64,000 nucleotides of DNA. It comes from Leucoraja erinacea (taxonomy: Eukaryota). The position numbers were made by a program, and so were the translations under genes. The notes under the pieces are model-generated. The model had not been told where the DNA came from. It was given only the letters and a program-made list of their open reading frames with translations, and made no database searches. Below, piece by piece: positions 37,543 to 49,716 of this stretch. Where the stretch lies: positions 91,574,001 to 91,638,000 of the forward strand of contig NC_073380.1 in the NCBI RefSeq assembly GCF_028641065.1, given 5' to 3'. How positions within the stretch are numbered: the stretch's first letter is position 1; each line of letters begins with the position of its first letter.

Positions 37543-38643
37543 TCTATATAATTAAAGGTCTCATCTTGACCACTTCCTGTCTGCGCTGTATATTGATTTT
37601 AGGGAAAATGCTACCATATATCGCTATGATTTTTGGCCATCTTACTCACAGTCCTCGTCCACTGAGAAGGCCCTGAGGATTTTTCCCATCGATGAAAAAT
37701 AAAAAAGTTATGAGTGTTTAAAAAACCTTGAGATCCTCTTGCCTGTCAATCACCGCAATGAAGGCAATGCCCCTTCCGGGGTGGGTGGGCAAGACTATAA
37801 AACCCCGGATGCCTGGACGTGACTCAGACAATCTGCAAGATCGCGAGGGAGTGGCCACAACTCTCATTCTAAGCTGTAAATCAACTGAACTGTGAGTCTG
37901 CAATGTACTTGCAGTAAATTATTTGTTAGGTCCGACTGTGTTTGGAAGGAATAAATGCTTTATTACATCTGACTGAGCTTGGTTCAAAAGTCCCGCTCAT
38001 TTCGTGACTGCAGCATAGCGGGTCGCGCTGATTGCGTAATTTCTGGTAAGTGCAGAGGTCGCGCTGATTGCGTAATTTCCGGTAAGTGCAGAGGTCACGC
38101 TGATTGCGGAACTGCCGCTGACTGCAGAAGCCCCAAAGTGGAGACGCCGTGCTCAGCCGGGCTCAGCTGGTAAGTATTCAAGAAAGTTTACTGCCATATA
38201 TATGGTGTGTGAGTCAGTGGGTGTGTGTGTTTGTGAGTGTATTTGTGTGTGAGTGTGAGTGTGTGAGTGTGTGTGTGTATGTGTTTATGAGTGTATGTNN
38301 NNNNNNNNNNNNNNNNNNNNNNNNNNNNNNNNNNNNNNNNNNNNNNNNNNNNNNNNNNNNNNNNNNNNNNNNNNNNNNNNNNNNNNNNNNNNNNNNNNNN
38401 NNNNNNNNNNNNNNNNNNNNNNNNNNNGCTGCCAGCTCAAGAATCCATTTGGCCCACAATATCCATACTAGCCCTCTGGAAACCAGTCCCTTCGTCCCAC
38501 AACACCCATGCTAGTGCTCGAGAAAGCCCCCCCCCCACTCCCCACTGGCCAGCAATATCGGAATTGGTGGAGCGGTGGAATATTGTGTTGGGGGACCAGT
38601 CCTCCATGTGAAGCTGGGACCCAGCGGGACCCACTTAGTCTAG
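37543..38643 (+). mobile_element. Non-autonomous Helitron (spans an assembly gap)
   Basis: 5' A|TCTATATAATTAAA; 3' subterminal hairpin-like TGGGACCCAGCGGGACCCA then CTAG|T; A/T target, no TSD; internal 36-bp tandem repeat at 38021-38108. Confidence 0.75.
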
Positions 38644-38675
38644 TAACAATGTTTGTGGAAATTCAATAATTAATC

Positions 38676-38998
38676 TAGTTTAGTTTAGTTTTGTTTAGAG
38701 ATACAGCGTGGATACAGGCCCGTCGACCCACTGAGCTGGCACCGACCTGTGATCCCCGCACATTAGTAGTATCCTACACACACTAGGGACAATTTACATT
38801 TATACAAAGTCAATTAACCTATAAACCCGGATGTCTTTGGAGTGTGGGAGGAAACCGAAGATCTCAGAGAAAACCCACACAGTCAAGGGGGGAACATACA
38901 AACTCTGTACAGACAGCACCCATGGTTGGGATCGAACCCAGGTCTATGGCGCTGCAAGTGCTGTAAGGCAGCAACTCAACTGCTGTGCCACTGTGCCG
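38676..38998 (-). mobile_element. V-SINE/HE1-like element
   Basis: Head GCACAGTGGCACAGCAG, B box GGTTCGATCC and (TAAAC)n tail on minus. Confidence 0.85.
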
Positions 38999-41039
38999 CT
39001 TAAATTAAGCTATCTTGGTAAAAGTGAAGGTAGTGGGGATCAAAGGAAGGCTGTCCACTGGCTACGAATGTACCTTCCATGTAAATAGATGATTATTGGT
39101 GAAATTAGAGAATGAAGTAACTTCCACTTCCCCTCCCCCTCTCCCTCCCCCTCCCGCTCCCGCTCCGCATCCCACCCCGCCCCCTCCTCCACCCTAGTTA
39201 TTTTACCAGTTCCACAGTTCGGACTGAGGAAACGTTTTGACCCGAAACATAACCCGCCCTGTTTCCTGAGAGATGCTGCCTGACCCATCAAGTTCCTCCA
39301 GCACTTTATCAAAATTTGGTATAAATCGCATCTGCAGTTCCCTGTTTCAACATGGTAAAACAATGCTGGCCCTTCAACTTTCCTGGCTAAAACATCTTGA
39401 CCTAAATCCCCAACAGTTCTCTACCAGAAGGACTGCAACAGGCTGAGAAGATGACTCAATGTACCATTTTCAGCAGCAAATAACAATGAAGTATAAATGC
39501 TTGCCTCGCCTGTAACCCAATATCTAATTGAAGAATAAAACAAATAATGCTCCTATTTCCTCTTCATGTACCATGCTATTTATACCATTCATATCATTAG
39601 GTTTTGACAAATTTGTCAGGTAAAAATTTTCTTTCAATCCTTGAGGGCCCTGCATTGATTTTGTGGTCAGTCACACGCCACCTGTGTTCTCTATTGATCA
39701 CTCTCCACTCACAATCTGAGCTCACTGGACATCAAATTGCCAGTGACGAGGCCGTGAGCAACAAGGGGCCTGATGGCATAACTGAGAATCATATGGTCCA
39801 AGGATATTGCACCAATCCTTGCCTATGAAACAGCTGAAAACCGCGTTGGTGTCTAGGTCATTCCCCAAGCTTAACCAGCTGTCAATCCTGTTAACAGCTT
39901 GAAATGTTTCAGAAACAGGTTGATATGAGGTGAAAAATTGTTTAATGATAAAACGGCACTTTCTGAAAACCTGATTTTCTAAAGAAGCAAAATTTGACAA
40001 TGAATGACAATAATAATTAAACAATACTTATCCAAACTCGATGAATTTAAAAACCTGTAATAATGAAGATGCTGTTTTCTAACCATGCATACGTTTAATA
40101 GGTAAATTCCCTTGTGTAATCACCAAAACCTACAATATTAACTTTTCACTGCACAAGAGTCCATTATCAAAAGGTCAGGAAATCACTGAGAAGGTTGCCT
40201 AGAACTTTGGGAATATACGGAAATCCTGAACTTTGCTGCCATTCCTGCTTAAATATGAGCCAATGCAATTTTCCAAGTGTCCTGTTGGTGTGACCTATTA
40301 ATAGATATGAGAATTTCCTCATTACTAATGGCAGACTAACGGCCTCTGTTTTCACTTTCCAGCTTTCATCTCATCCATGAAGATCGCTCTGTGATCCAGG
40401 ATGTTCTGGAAAATCCTAACCAACGAATCCAATGTTCATCCTTTGTCTGAAGAAAGGTCCCGACCGAAACATCTCCCATCCTTTTTCTCTAGAGATGCTG
40501 CCTGACCCATTGAGTTACTCCAGCACTTTGTGTCTATCTTTGGTTTATACCAGCAACTGCAGTTCACATTTCACCCTCCATCTCTTTGAAAGCTCTCAAC
40601 CATCTGACACAGGATTTATTAGCTTTTAATCTAGTTGTGTTACAAAACAACACACAACCCACAAAGACACAGGGCCAAGTAGCATCCAGCTAACATCATT
40701 CTTCAATAAGGTTAGTTTATATCAGTGGCTGTTTGAATAATTGGTGTTCACTCTTGCACTGCATCGAGTGATTTGCTTTCAGTGAAATATAAAATAGTTA
40801 TGTCACCTCGCACAGTAAAAACATTACATTCCTTCCCATTATGCCACTATGCCTGCATTGACGCAAAGTGAATATATATAAATCAACTGAGGAGAGATGG
40901 ATTGCTTATGCAAGTTGATATTTTAACCACTTCTTCATGAACAGCACTGTGCATTTTGATCTTTTATTCCTTTAAAATCATGCCTTGGAGAAAGTAAGTG
41001 AGCTGAATTAGGATGGCTGTGACCGGGACTCCCACACAT

Positions 41040-43245
41040 TATGCGCATGTTGTTCCATTGTTTAAAAAGGGGTCTAAGAGTAAACCTAGCAATTATAGAC
41101 CTGTTAGTTTGACGTCAGTGGTGGGCAAATTAATGGAAAGAATACTTAGAGATAATATATATAAGCATCTGGATAAACAGGGTCTGATTAGGAACAGTCA
41201 ACATGGATTTGTGCCTGGAGGGTCTTGTTTAACTAATCTTCTTGAATTTTTTGAAGATGTTACACGGGAAATTGATGAGGGTAACGCAGTGGATGTTGTG
41301 TATATGGACTTCAGTAAGGCCTTTGACAAGGTTCCTCATGGAAGGTTGGTTAAGAAGGTTCAATGGTTGGGTATTCAAGATGGCGGCGCTGGCTTAACAG
41401 CTGCGGCCCACCTGCAGTCCGTCTGTTTTTTTCTTTCGTTTTTGTTCCTTGTCATGTTTTAGTTAATTTTGTTTTATTAAGTTGTGTATGTGTGTGGGTG
41501 GGGTGGGAGAAACATGCTTTGGCCTCTTCCTTCGGGGGATGCGACTTTTTCTTCGGTCGTGTCCCCCGTCTCCGTCTGCGCCGAGGCCTAGTGGCGGGGC
41601 TGGCGGCAGCGGAGCTGTGGCGGCGGCAGCAGCGGCGGAGACCTGGCTCAGCCCTGAGGCTGTGGCGGCGGCAGCAGCGGCGGCGGAGACCTGACCCGGC
41701 TGGAGCTGTGGTGGCGGCGGCGGCAGCGGCAGCAGCAGCGGAGACCTGGCTCAGCACCGAGGCTTTGGCGGGCCGGCGGCAGCGGAGACCTGGCTCGGCC
41801 CTGGAGCTGTGGCGGCGGCGGCGGGCAGCGGAGACCTGACTCGGCCTCTGAGCTGTGGCGAGGCAGCGACCACCCGCGGAGTTCGAACCGTCGCCTCGGC
41901 GCAGAGGGAGAACAAAGAGGGAAGAGCCAGAGACTTTAAGATTTTGCCTTCCACCACAGTGAGGAGGTGTTTGGTGAACTCACTGTGGTGGATGTTAAAT
42001 TTGTGTTGACTATGTGTTTTGTCATTTTTTTTAAATTATATGTATGACTGCAGGGAAACAGAATTTCGTTCAGACCGAATGGTCTGAATGACAATAAACA
42101 AATCTAATCTAATCTAATCTAATCTAATGGTGGAGTAGCAAGATGGATTCAACAGTGGCTGAATGGGAGATGCCAGAGAGTAATGGTGGATGGTTGTTTG
42201 TCAGGTTGGAGGCCAGTGACGAGTGGGGTGCCACAGGGACCTGTGTTGGGTCCACTGTTGTTTGTCATATACATCAATGATCTGGATGATGGTGTAGTAA
42301 ATTGGATTAGTAAGTATGCAGATGATACTAAGATAGGTGGGGTTGCGGGTAATGAAGTAGAGTTTCAAAGTCTACAAGAGAGATTTATGCCAGTTGGAAG
42401 AGTGGGCTGAAAGATGGCAGATGGAGTTTAATGCTGATAAGTGTGAGGTGCTACATCTTGGCAGGATAAATCAAAATAGGACGTACATGGTAAATGGTAG
42501 GGAATTGAAGAATGTAGGTGAACAGAGGGATCTGGGAATAACTGCACAGTTCCCTGAAAGTGGAATCTCATGTAGATAGGGTGGTAAAGAAAGCTTTTGG
42601 TGTGCTGGCCTTTATAAATCAGAGCATTGAGTATAGAAGTTGGGATGTAATGTTAAAATTGTACAAGGCATTGGTGAGGCCAATTCTGGAGTATGGTGTA
42701 CAATTTTGGTCGCCTAATTATAGGAAGGATGTCAACAAAATAGAGAGAGTACAGAGGAGATTTACTAGAATGTTGCCTGGGTTTCAGCAACTAAGTTACA
42801 GAGAAAGGTTGAACAAGTTAGGGCTTTATTCTTTGGAGTGCAGAAGGTTAAGGGGGGTCTTGATAGAGGTTTTTAAAATAATGAGAGGGATAGACAGAGT
42901 TGACGTGGAAAAGCTTTTCCCACTGAGAGTAGGGAAGATTCAAACAAGGGGACATGACATGAGAATTAAGGGACTGAAGTTTAGGGGTAACATGAGGGGG
43001 AACTTCTTTACTCAGAGAGTGGTAGCTGTGTGGAATGAGCTTCCAGTGAAGGTGGTGGAGGCAGGTTCGTTTTTATCATTTAAAAATAAATTGGATAGTT
43101 ATATGGATGGGAAGGGAATGGAGGGTTATGGTCTGAGCGCAGGTATATGGGACTAGGGGAGATTATGTGTTCGGCACGGACTAGAAGGGTCGAGATGGCC
43201 TGTTTCCGTGCTGAAATTGTTATATGGTTATATGGTTATATGGTT
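41040..43245 (+). mobile_element. CR1-like LINE (family A), RT domain to 3' tail, split by a 750-bp insertion
   Basis: VVPLFKKG..NYRPVSLTS, QHGF, DFSKAFDKVPH, SGVPQG, YADD motifs across ORFs 41013..41462, 42183..42410, 42394..42579 and 42560..43156; frameshifted. Confidence 0.93.
41376..42125 (+). mobile_element. GC-rich non-autonomous retroelement with (AATCT)n tail
   Basis: Removing it restores the CR1 frame WLGI|[12 protein letters not shown]. Starts CAAGATGGCGGC; GGC/GCA-rich tandem units at 41600-41870; AATAAA then (AATCT)n. Confidence 0.85.
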
Positions 43246-43364
43246 ATTATCTGCTGTAAGTCAGGGATGAGCTGAGCTACAGATATTGTTGCACCTATCA
43301 TTCCACTCCGTGAGTGGAGTCCACTTGGAGACCCTTCATCGCTGTGATTCCCTGGCATCACGAC

Positions 43365-43666
43365 GGCATGGTGGCGCAGTGGTAGAGTTGCTGTCTCCCA
43401 CCGACAGAGACCCGGGTTCAATCGTGACAATTGACAATGGGTGCTCTCGGTACCGAGCTTGTATGTTCTACCCATGACTGCGTGGGTTTTCTCCGGGTGC
43501 CCCAGTTTCCTCCCACATTCCAAAGATGTACAGGTTTGTAGGTTAATTGGCTTCGGTAAAAATTGTAAATTATCCCTAGTGTGTGGGATAGTGTTATTGT
43601 ACAGGGTTCCCTGGTCGGTGTGGAAGTACCTGATTCCATGCTCTATCTCTAAACTAAACTAAACTA
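43365..43666 (+). mobile_element. V-SINE/HE1-like element
   Basis: GTGGCGCAGTGGTAGAG A box, GGTTCAATC B box, (TAAAC)n tail. Confidence 0.85.
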
Positions 43667-43770
43667 TGTTGGAGAATCCATTGCTGCACAAAACTCACGC
43701 CAGTCAGCATTGGTGGAGGGTCTGAGACTACATTCATCTCAGTGTAGGTTCTTAATCTTGAGAATGGAAA

Positions 43771-44042
43771 TAGACAATAGACAATAGACAATAGGTGCAG
43801 GAGTGGGCCATTCGGTCCTTCAAGCCAGCACCGCCATTCAATGTGATCATGGCTGATCATCCCCAATCAGTACCCCATTCCTGCCTTCTCCCCATATCCC
43901 CTGACTCCGCTATCTTTACGAGCCCTATCTAGCTCTCTCTTGAAAGTATCCAGAGAACCGGCCTCCACCGCCCTCTGAGGCAGAGAATTTCACAGACTCA
44001 CAACTCCCTGTGAGAAAAAGTGTTTCCTCATCTCCGTTCTAA
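43771..44042 (-). mobile_element. CR1-like LINE 3' end (CTATTGT tail family)
   Basis: (AGACAAT)n on plus strand followed by CR1 3' sequence. Confidence 0.85.
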
Positions 44043-44177
44043 TGTGCTTTTTCAAATTATTTTGCTTTCATACTTCATTGATTTATGAGTCTCTTTATTC
44101 TGTTCATATGTTTAACATTTTAAAATGTTATCCCCAAAGTTCTATCCCGAGCTTTAACTCCTGTCAATAGGAGTCAG

Positions 44178-44490
44178 TGACACAGTGGTGCAGAGGTAAA
44201 GTTGCTGTCTTACAGCACGAGACCTGGGTACGATCCTGATTATGGGTGGTGTCTGTATGGTATTTGTACGTTCTCCCTGTGATCGTGTGGATTTTCTCCA
44301 GGTGCTCCATTTTCTCCCAAGGCAACCCTTCATAGACATACAGATATGTAGGTTAATTGCCTTCAGTAAATTGGAAATTGTCCCTAGTGTGCGGGATTGC
44401 GTTAGTGTAAGGGAATGATCACTGGTCGGCGAGGACTCGGTGGGCCGATTAGCCTGTTTCCGCACTACATGTCTAAAGTCTAAAGTCTGA
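44178..44490 (+). mobile_element. V-SINE/HE1-like element
   Basis: tRNA head, shared body, (TCTAAAG)n tail. Confidence 0.8.
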
Positions 44491-44689
44491 AGTGTGTTCT
44501 TGAGGTGGAACTCCACAAGTTCCTGGCTGAGACCCACTCACCACTAAGGTCTCTTTACGCCTCACTGCCCAACTACCAGGTGTAGAGATACAGGGAGATA
44601 GTACTCTGAATCCTATCAAGTTAAGTGTGAGTGATAGTCAGAAACATACCTTGTGGCCTTCTGTGTCTGCAACAACCATCAAAGTTTAG

Positions 44690-45105
44690 GTTTAAGTTTA
44701 TTATTGTAATGTAAACCGAGGTACAGTGAAAAGCTTTGTTTTGTATGCTATTCAATCAGATCAGATAATATCATACTAAATACATAAATGCAATCAAGCC
44801 AAACTCAAGTGCAAGGTATTGAGTGCAGAATATAGTTCTCAGCATTGTAGCGCATTAGTTCCACAAAGTCCAGTGTCTGAAATGGAATTATAGGTGAATT
44901 AGACAGCACCCTGGTTTATAGAAACACCTGTCTGATAACTGAGTGGAGGAAGCTGTTCCTGAATCTGGTGGTGCGTGCTTTCAAGCTTCTGTTCCTTCTG
45001 CTGGATGGGAGCAGAGAGAAGGAATGACCAGGGTTGGACATTGATTATGATGGCTGCTTTTCTGAGGCAGCATGAAATATAGGTGGAATCAATGGTGGGA
45101 AGTTT
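44690..45105 (-). mobile_element. Rex1/Babar-like degenerate 3' fragment
   Basis: ORF 44899..45126 LPTIDSTYISCCLRKAAIII resembles the C-terminus of 60674..61234. Confidence 0.65.
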
Positions 45106-45383
45106 AGGGAAGCAGAAAATGGTCAACTTAAGCTTATAAAAGCATATGCTTTAGTTGTACAAGATGATGGTGATATTGTGTTCAATTTTGGGCACCCTGC
45201 TATAGGAAAGCTGTAAGCTGGAAAGAGTGCAGAGAAGATTTACAAGGATGTTGCCAGGACTTGTGGGGCTGAGCTATCGCAAGAGGGTGGGCAAGCTAGA
45301 ACTATGTTCTTTAGACGTGTATAAGATCATGAGAGAAATGGGTAGGGTGAATGCACAGTCTTTTACCCAGAGAAAGGTAATCA

Positions 45384-45519
45384 TCTTCTTGCGTATGGCG
45401 CTCACAGCCTAAAGTTGTAGGACAACTTGTTCTATTTGATCTTATTTCATTGTGCACGCTGGGTTGACTGCATTCGTCGAAACAGGGCGGACCACGTGAA
45501 GGTTGCAAACTTCCACCCC
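45384..45519 (-). mobile_element. 136-bp ribozyme-headed non-autonomous retroelement
   Basis: 15-bp TSD AGAG(A/G)AAGGTAATCA at 45369-45383 and 45520-45534; 3' end CCATACGCAAGAAGA; 5' end is an HDV-like fold. Confidence 0.85.
45466..45519 (-). ncRNA. Minimal HDV/CPEB3-like self-cleaving ribozyme (54 nt)
   Basis: GGGGUGG(P1) AA GUUUGCA(P2) ACC(P3) UUCACGU(L3) GGU(P3') CCGCCCU(P1') GU UUCG A CGAA(J4/2) UGCAGUC(P2'); G1-U wobble, catalytic C at 45476, one U-U mismatch in P2. Confidence 0.85.
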
Positions 45520-46772
45520 AGAGGAAGGTAATCAAGAACAGAAGGCATAGGTTTAAGATGAGAGGAGAAAAAAATTAATAGTAATCTAAGTGGCAACTGT
45601 TCACGCAGAGGGTTGTGGGGATATGAAACGAGCTGCCAGAGGAGATAGTTGAGGCATATACACTAATGACATTTAAAATAAATCTGGGCAGGTACAGGTT
45701 TAGGGAGATATGGGCCAAACACTGGTAGATGGGACTAGTGTAGATGGGACAACTTGGTCGGCATGAGCAGGTTTGGCTGAAGGGCCTGTTTCCATGCCTT
45801 ATGACTCTATGATGCTGTAGCGACATATTTTATTTTGTTCAAGAGATTACTCCCTCTAGCCGCTAAATGGACTACATGGTTAAGGGGAATGTCTTTGAAC
45901 GCATGCGAGCTCTCCTTCGGGGACCTTCAGAGCTTCTTCACAGATAAATCTTCAAAACACAGGCCTTTGATTAATTAATTCTTTATTGTTGATGAAAACC
46001 AATAAGGTACATCCAAACTTCTTCCGACTCATACACTATAATCTTCATCGAACTCCAGCTTATTGCTTTAAAGGTTAGAAAACTCCTTGTGTCTCTGTTA
46101 CACTTTGCATGGTCAAAGAGTAAACCTTCCCCACGCTGGTCCAAAACTAAACTGAAAACTAAGCTTCTGCGCAAGAAACTTAGCTCCAAACACGCTCTAA
46201 AATATGTCATAAATCCCACCCACATAATAACGGGCAGTCTAAAATTTAGTTGGGCTTATGTGCAATGACAATTGTTGCACAAATATGCGCAATGACAATG
46301 ACAATGACAATTATTGCTCTCGTTGCGCTTATATGCAATGACAATAAAAGATATTATTATTATTATTATTATTATTATTAAAGACACATGCCATCATCAA
46401 TGACACACAAAACAAGCCAAATGGCCACTACAGACGCTACATACATATGAATCACCATAACATTAGGGACACTCACGTATCCAATAAAGCTGGCAAATCT
46501 AAATTAGTGCAGCTGCCCCAGACGTGCAACGTAAGGCCAATCTCTGAGCTGCTCAGACCTGGATTTGGCTGCTACACAAATCCTCATGAAGGGAAGTTGG
46601 CCAACCAGAAATGTCGCCCATTCTCTCTCTCCAGAAATGCTGCCTGTCCCACTGAGTTACTCCAGCATTTTGTGTCTATCTTCACTGGAAAGGATGAGTT
46701 GGTTTCAGTGATCTATGGTGATGAAAACGGAATTAAAGGTGAGAAACATTTCCATTGCCTTGAAATATCATG

Positions 46773-47140
46773 GAAACATAGAAACATAGAAATTAGGTGC
46801 AGGAGTAGGCCATTCGGCCCTTCGAGCCTGCACCGTCATTCAATATGATCGTGGCTGATCATCCAACTCAGTATCCCGTACCTGCCTTCTCTCCATACCC
46901 ACTGATCCCCTAAGCCACAAGGGCCACATCTAACTCCCTCTTAAATATAGCCAATGAACTGGCCTCACCTACCCTCTGTGGCAGAGAGTTTCAGAGATTG
47001 ACCACTCTCTGTGTGAAAAAAGTTCTTCTCATCTCGGTTTTAAAGGATTTCCCCCTTATCCTTAAGCTGTGACCCCTTGTCGTGGACTTCCCTAACATCG
47101 GGAACAATCTTCCTGCATCTAGCCTGTCTAACCCCTTAAA
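46773..47140 (-). mobile_element. CR1-like LINE 3' end (family B)
   Basis: Reverse complement of the family B 3' end with (AGAAACAT)n. Confidence 0.9.
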
Positions 47141-48659
47141 TATCATGCTCTAGAATATAGCATTCAAATGCACAATGGTGTAGATTCAATAGGGCCCTGA
47201 ATAATAGACTTATTGAGTATAAAGCATGGAAACAGCCTCTTCGTCCATGTTGACCAAGATGCCTGAGCAAATTTGATTTGCGCATATCCCTCTCAACATT
47301 TGTTTGGCCCATATCCCTCTCAACATTTTCTATCTATCTACCTGTCCACATGTCTTTTAAACATGGTAATTGTACCTTCCTCTCCGGCTTCCTCTGGCAG
47401 CTCATTCCTTCCATCCAAAATTACCCCATAGTTTATTTTTAAATCTTTCCCTTCTCTGCTTAAATCTGTGCCCTTGAGTTTCAGTTTCCCCTGCTCTGGG
47501 GAAAAAAAGACTGTGACCATCCACCTTCTCTTAGCCTCTCATACTTTTGTATACCTGCATAAGGCAGAGATCTACAGGGCTCTGGGGAAAGGGCAAACCT
47601 ATTGGAAGTCTCTTTCAAAATGCTGGCACAGGCACTATGCATCCATGGACTCTTTCTGTGTGGTAACATCCCAATGCCAAAATTAAATGCTGTTAACTCA
47701 CTGCAAAGTTTCAAGCGTTGCTCAGTCCACCATATGATTCCAGGAGATAAATGACTTCCCAGCCAAGAGTTTCTTAATCATATTGTTCTATTGATCTGTG
47801 ACCCTAAAAATAAGAGCCAGCAAAACAGGAGCAACAGATTATTTACATGTAGGCTCTGCAGCTGGCTGTTGTCCAGCTCCCTGCTGCAGCCTCTCTTAAG
47901 CTAGTTCATAATAAGTCATTAATTGGATGGACAAGCCACTAAGTGCGAGGGTCATAAACATTTCAAGAGTTATAAAAGTTTCATTAAGTTCTCACGATAA
48001 CACACCAGATGCTGACCTTTCCTATACTTGGAGTGCAGAAATAAAAGGGGCACTATTTAAGAAATGAATAAATAGGCTCTTTGTGCCAGGAGATCATTAC
48101 AAAATTATCACAGCCTCTTGACTTGGCCAAAGACTGAGATCTCCACTGTGTAAAGTGGTAATACAAAGACTCACTTTCACTTCTTTTATTCAAACAAGTT
48201 CGAGGGTTTGAAGGAGATAGCATTATACTGAGGCCCAGTTAGCACTAAACGCTGGGATGGAGAGTGGAGGCTCTGTTTCATGGAGTGCCCCTTTGATTTT
48301 GCAGGGCAAATATTTCACATTGTCAATTTAACAACATTCACAGCCTTGTGCAGGATGCAGATCCCAAGTACCTTCCTGCATAATCAATCACAAGAGCCTG
48401 CTGTGGAGTAGAGACAGTTCTAAACTTCAGGGACAAACGTTTATAAGAGAAACTTGTTCTCTTCAGCATCAGACAATACTAATAAATGAGGAAGTCCCCT
48501 TCACCAATGGCTCCTGTGCTTGGAGACCTACATTGGATCCTAGTCTGACACTGCTTCTATTTTAAGTGTACTGCCCTTGTTTCAAATCCCTCCACAGCTT
48601 TGGCCTTAACAACTGACTAGCTTTCTCCATTTTTACCAGTCTTTGTGCTCTCTGCACTA

Positions 48660-49220
48660 TCATAGAAACATAGAAACATAGAAAATAGGTGCAGGAAGAG
48701 GCCATTCGGCCCTTCGAGCCAGCACTGCCATTCATTGTGATCATGGCTGATCATCCCCTATCAATAACCCGTGCCTGCCTTCTCCCCATATTCCTTGACT
48801 CCACTAGCCCCTAGAGCTCTATCTAATTCTCTTTTATATCCATCCAGTGACTTGGCCTTCACTGCCCTCTGTGGCAGGGAATTCCATAAATTCACAACTC
48901 TCTGGGTGAAAAAGTTTTTTCTCACCTCAGTCTTAAATGACCTCCCCTTTATTCTAAGACTGGCCCCTGGTTCTGGACTTGCCCAAAATTGGGAACATTT
49001 TTCCTGCATCTAGCTTGTCCAGTCCTTTTATAATTGTATATGTTTCTATAAGATCTCCCCCTCATCCTTCTAAACTCCAGTGAATACAAGCCTAGTCTTT
49101 TCAATCTTTCCTCATATGACAGTCCCGCCATCCCAGGGATCAATCTCGTGAACTTGCACTGCACTGCGTCAATCACAAGGATGTCCTTCCTCAAATTAGG
49201 AGACCAAAACTGTACACATA
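48660..49220 (-). mobile_element. CR1-like LINE 3' end
   Basis: ORFs 48761..49009 and 48949..49194. Confidence 0.9.
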
Positions 49221-49716
49221 GCTATCATATCAGCTCCACCACCATCCCTGACAGCGTATTCCAGGCACCTCCCACTTTCTGGAGAAAATCCTGCAGTGCA
49301 CATCTCCTTTAAACTTTACACCTCGCAAATTCAAGCTTCGTCCCTCTAGATTATGGCATTTCCATCCTGGGAGAAAGATTCTGACTGTTTACCCCATCTA
49401 TGCTCCTCATAATTATATATATTTCCATCAGCTCTCCCCTCAACCTCTAGCATTCCAGAGAACACGATCCAAATGTCAAACATCTCTTTATAGCCAATGC
49501 CCTCCTAACCCAGACAGCATTCTGGTAAATACAAAAACACAACATATATAATTCTATCTGTTGCGATCCTCCTGTTGTCTTATTCCCCAGGTCTGGAATT
49601 CCCTCCCTCTCTGACTTTCTCTCCTCTGTACACTATTGTGTCTGTCTAATCTGTTGGTCACCTGTCTTACACCCCACTTAAGTGTCACAGTGGTCATATA
49701 TTTCCTAATAGCATTC

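Larger units (their letters stand above)
45140..45810 (+). mobile_element. Old CR1-like LINE 3' fragment, host of the ribozyme element
   Basis: ORF 45227 VQRRFTRMLPGLVGLSY; CR1 tail gggcctgtttccatg. Confidence 0.75.

Noticed and set aside
38021-38108. 36-bp repeats, CRISPR-like in length
   Set aside because: Directly tandem with no spacers, eukaryotic context, inside a Helitron.
41363-41839. Arg/Ala-rich ORFs
   Set aside because: Translation of GGC/GCA tandem repeats inside a retro-insertion.
45837-46235. Possible L1 ORF1/spacer remnant
   Set aside because: Only vague compositional resemblance; no motif I could confirm.
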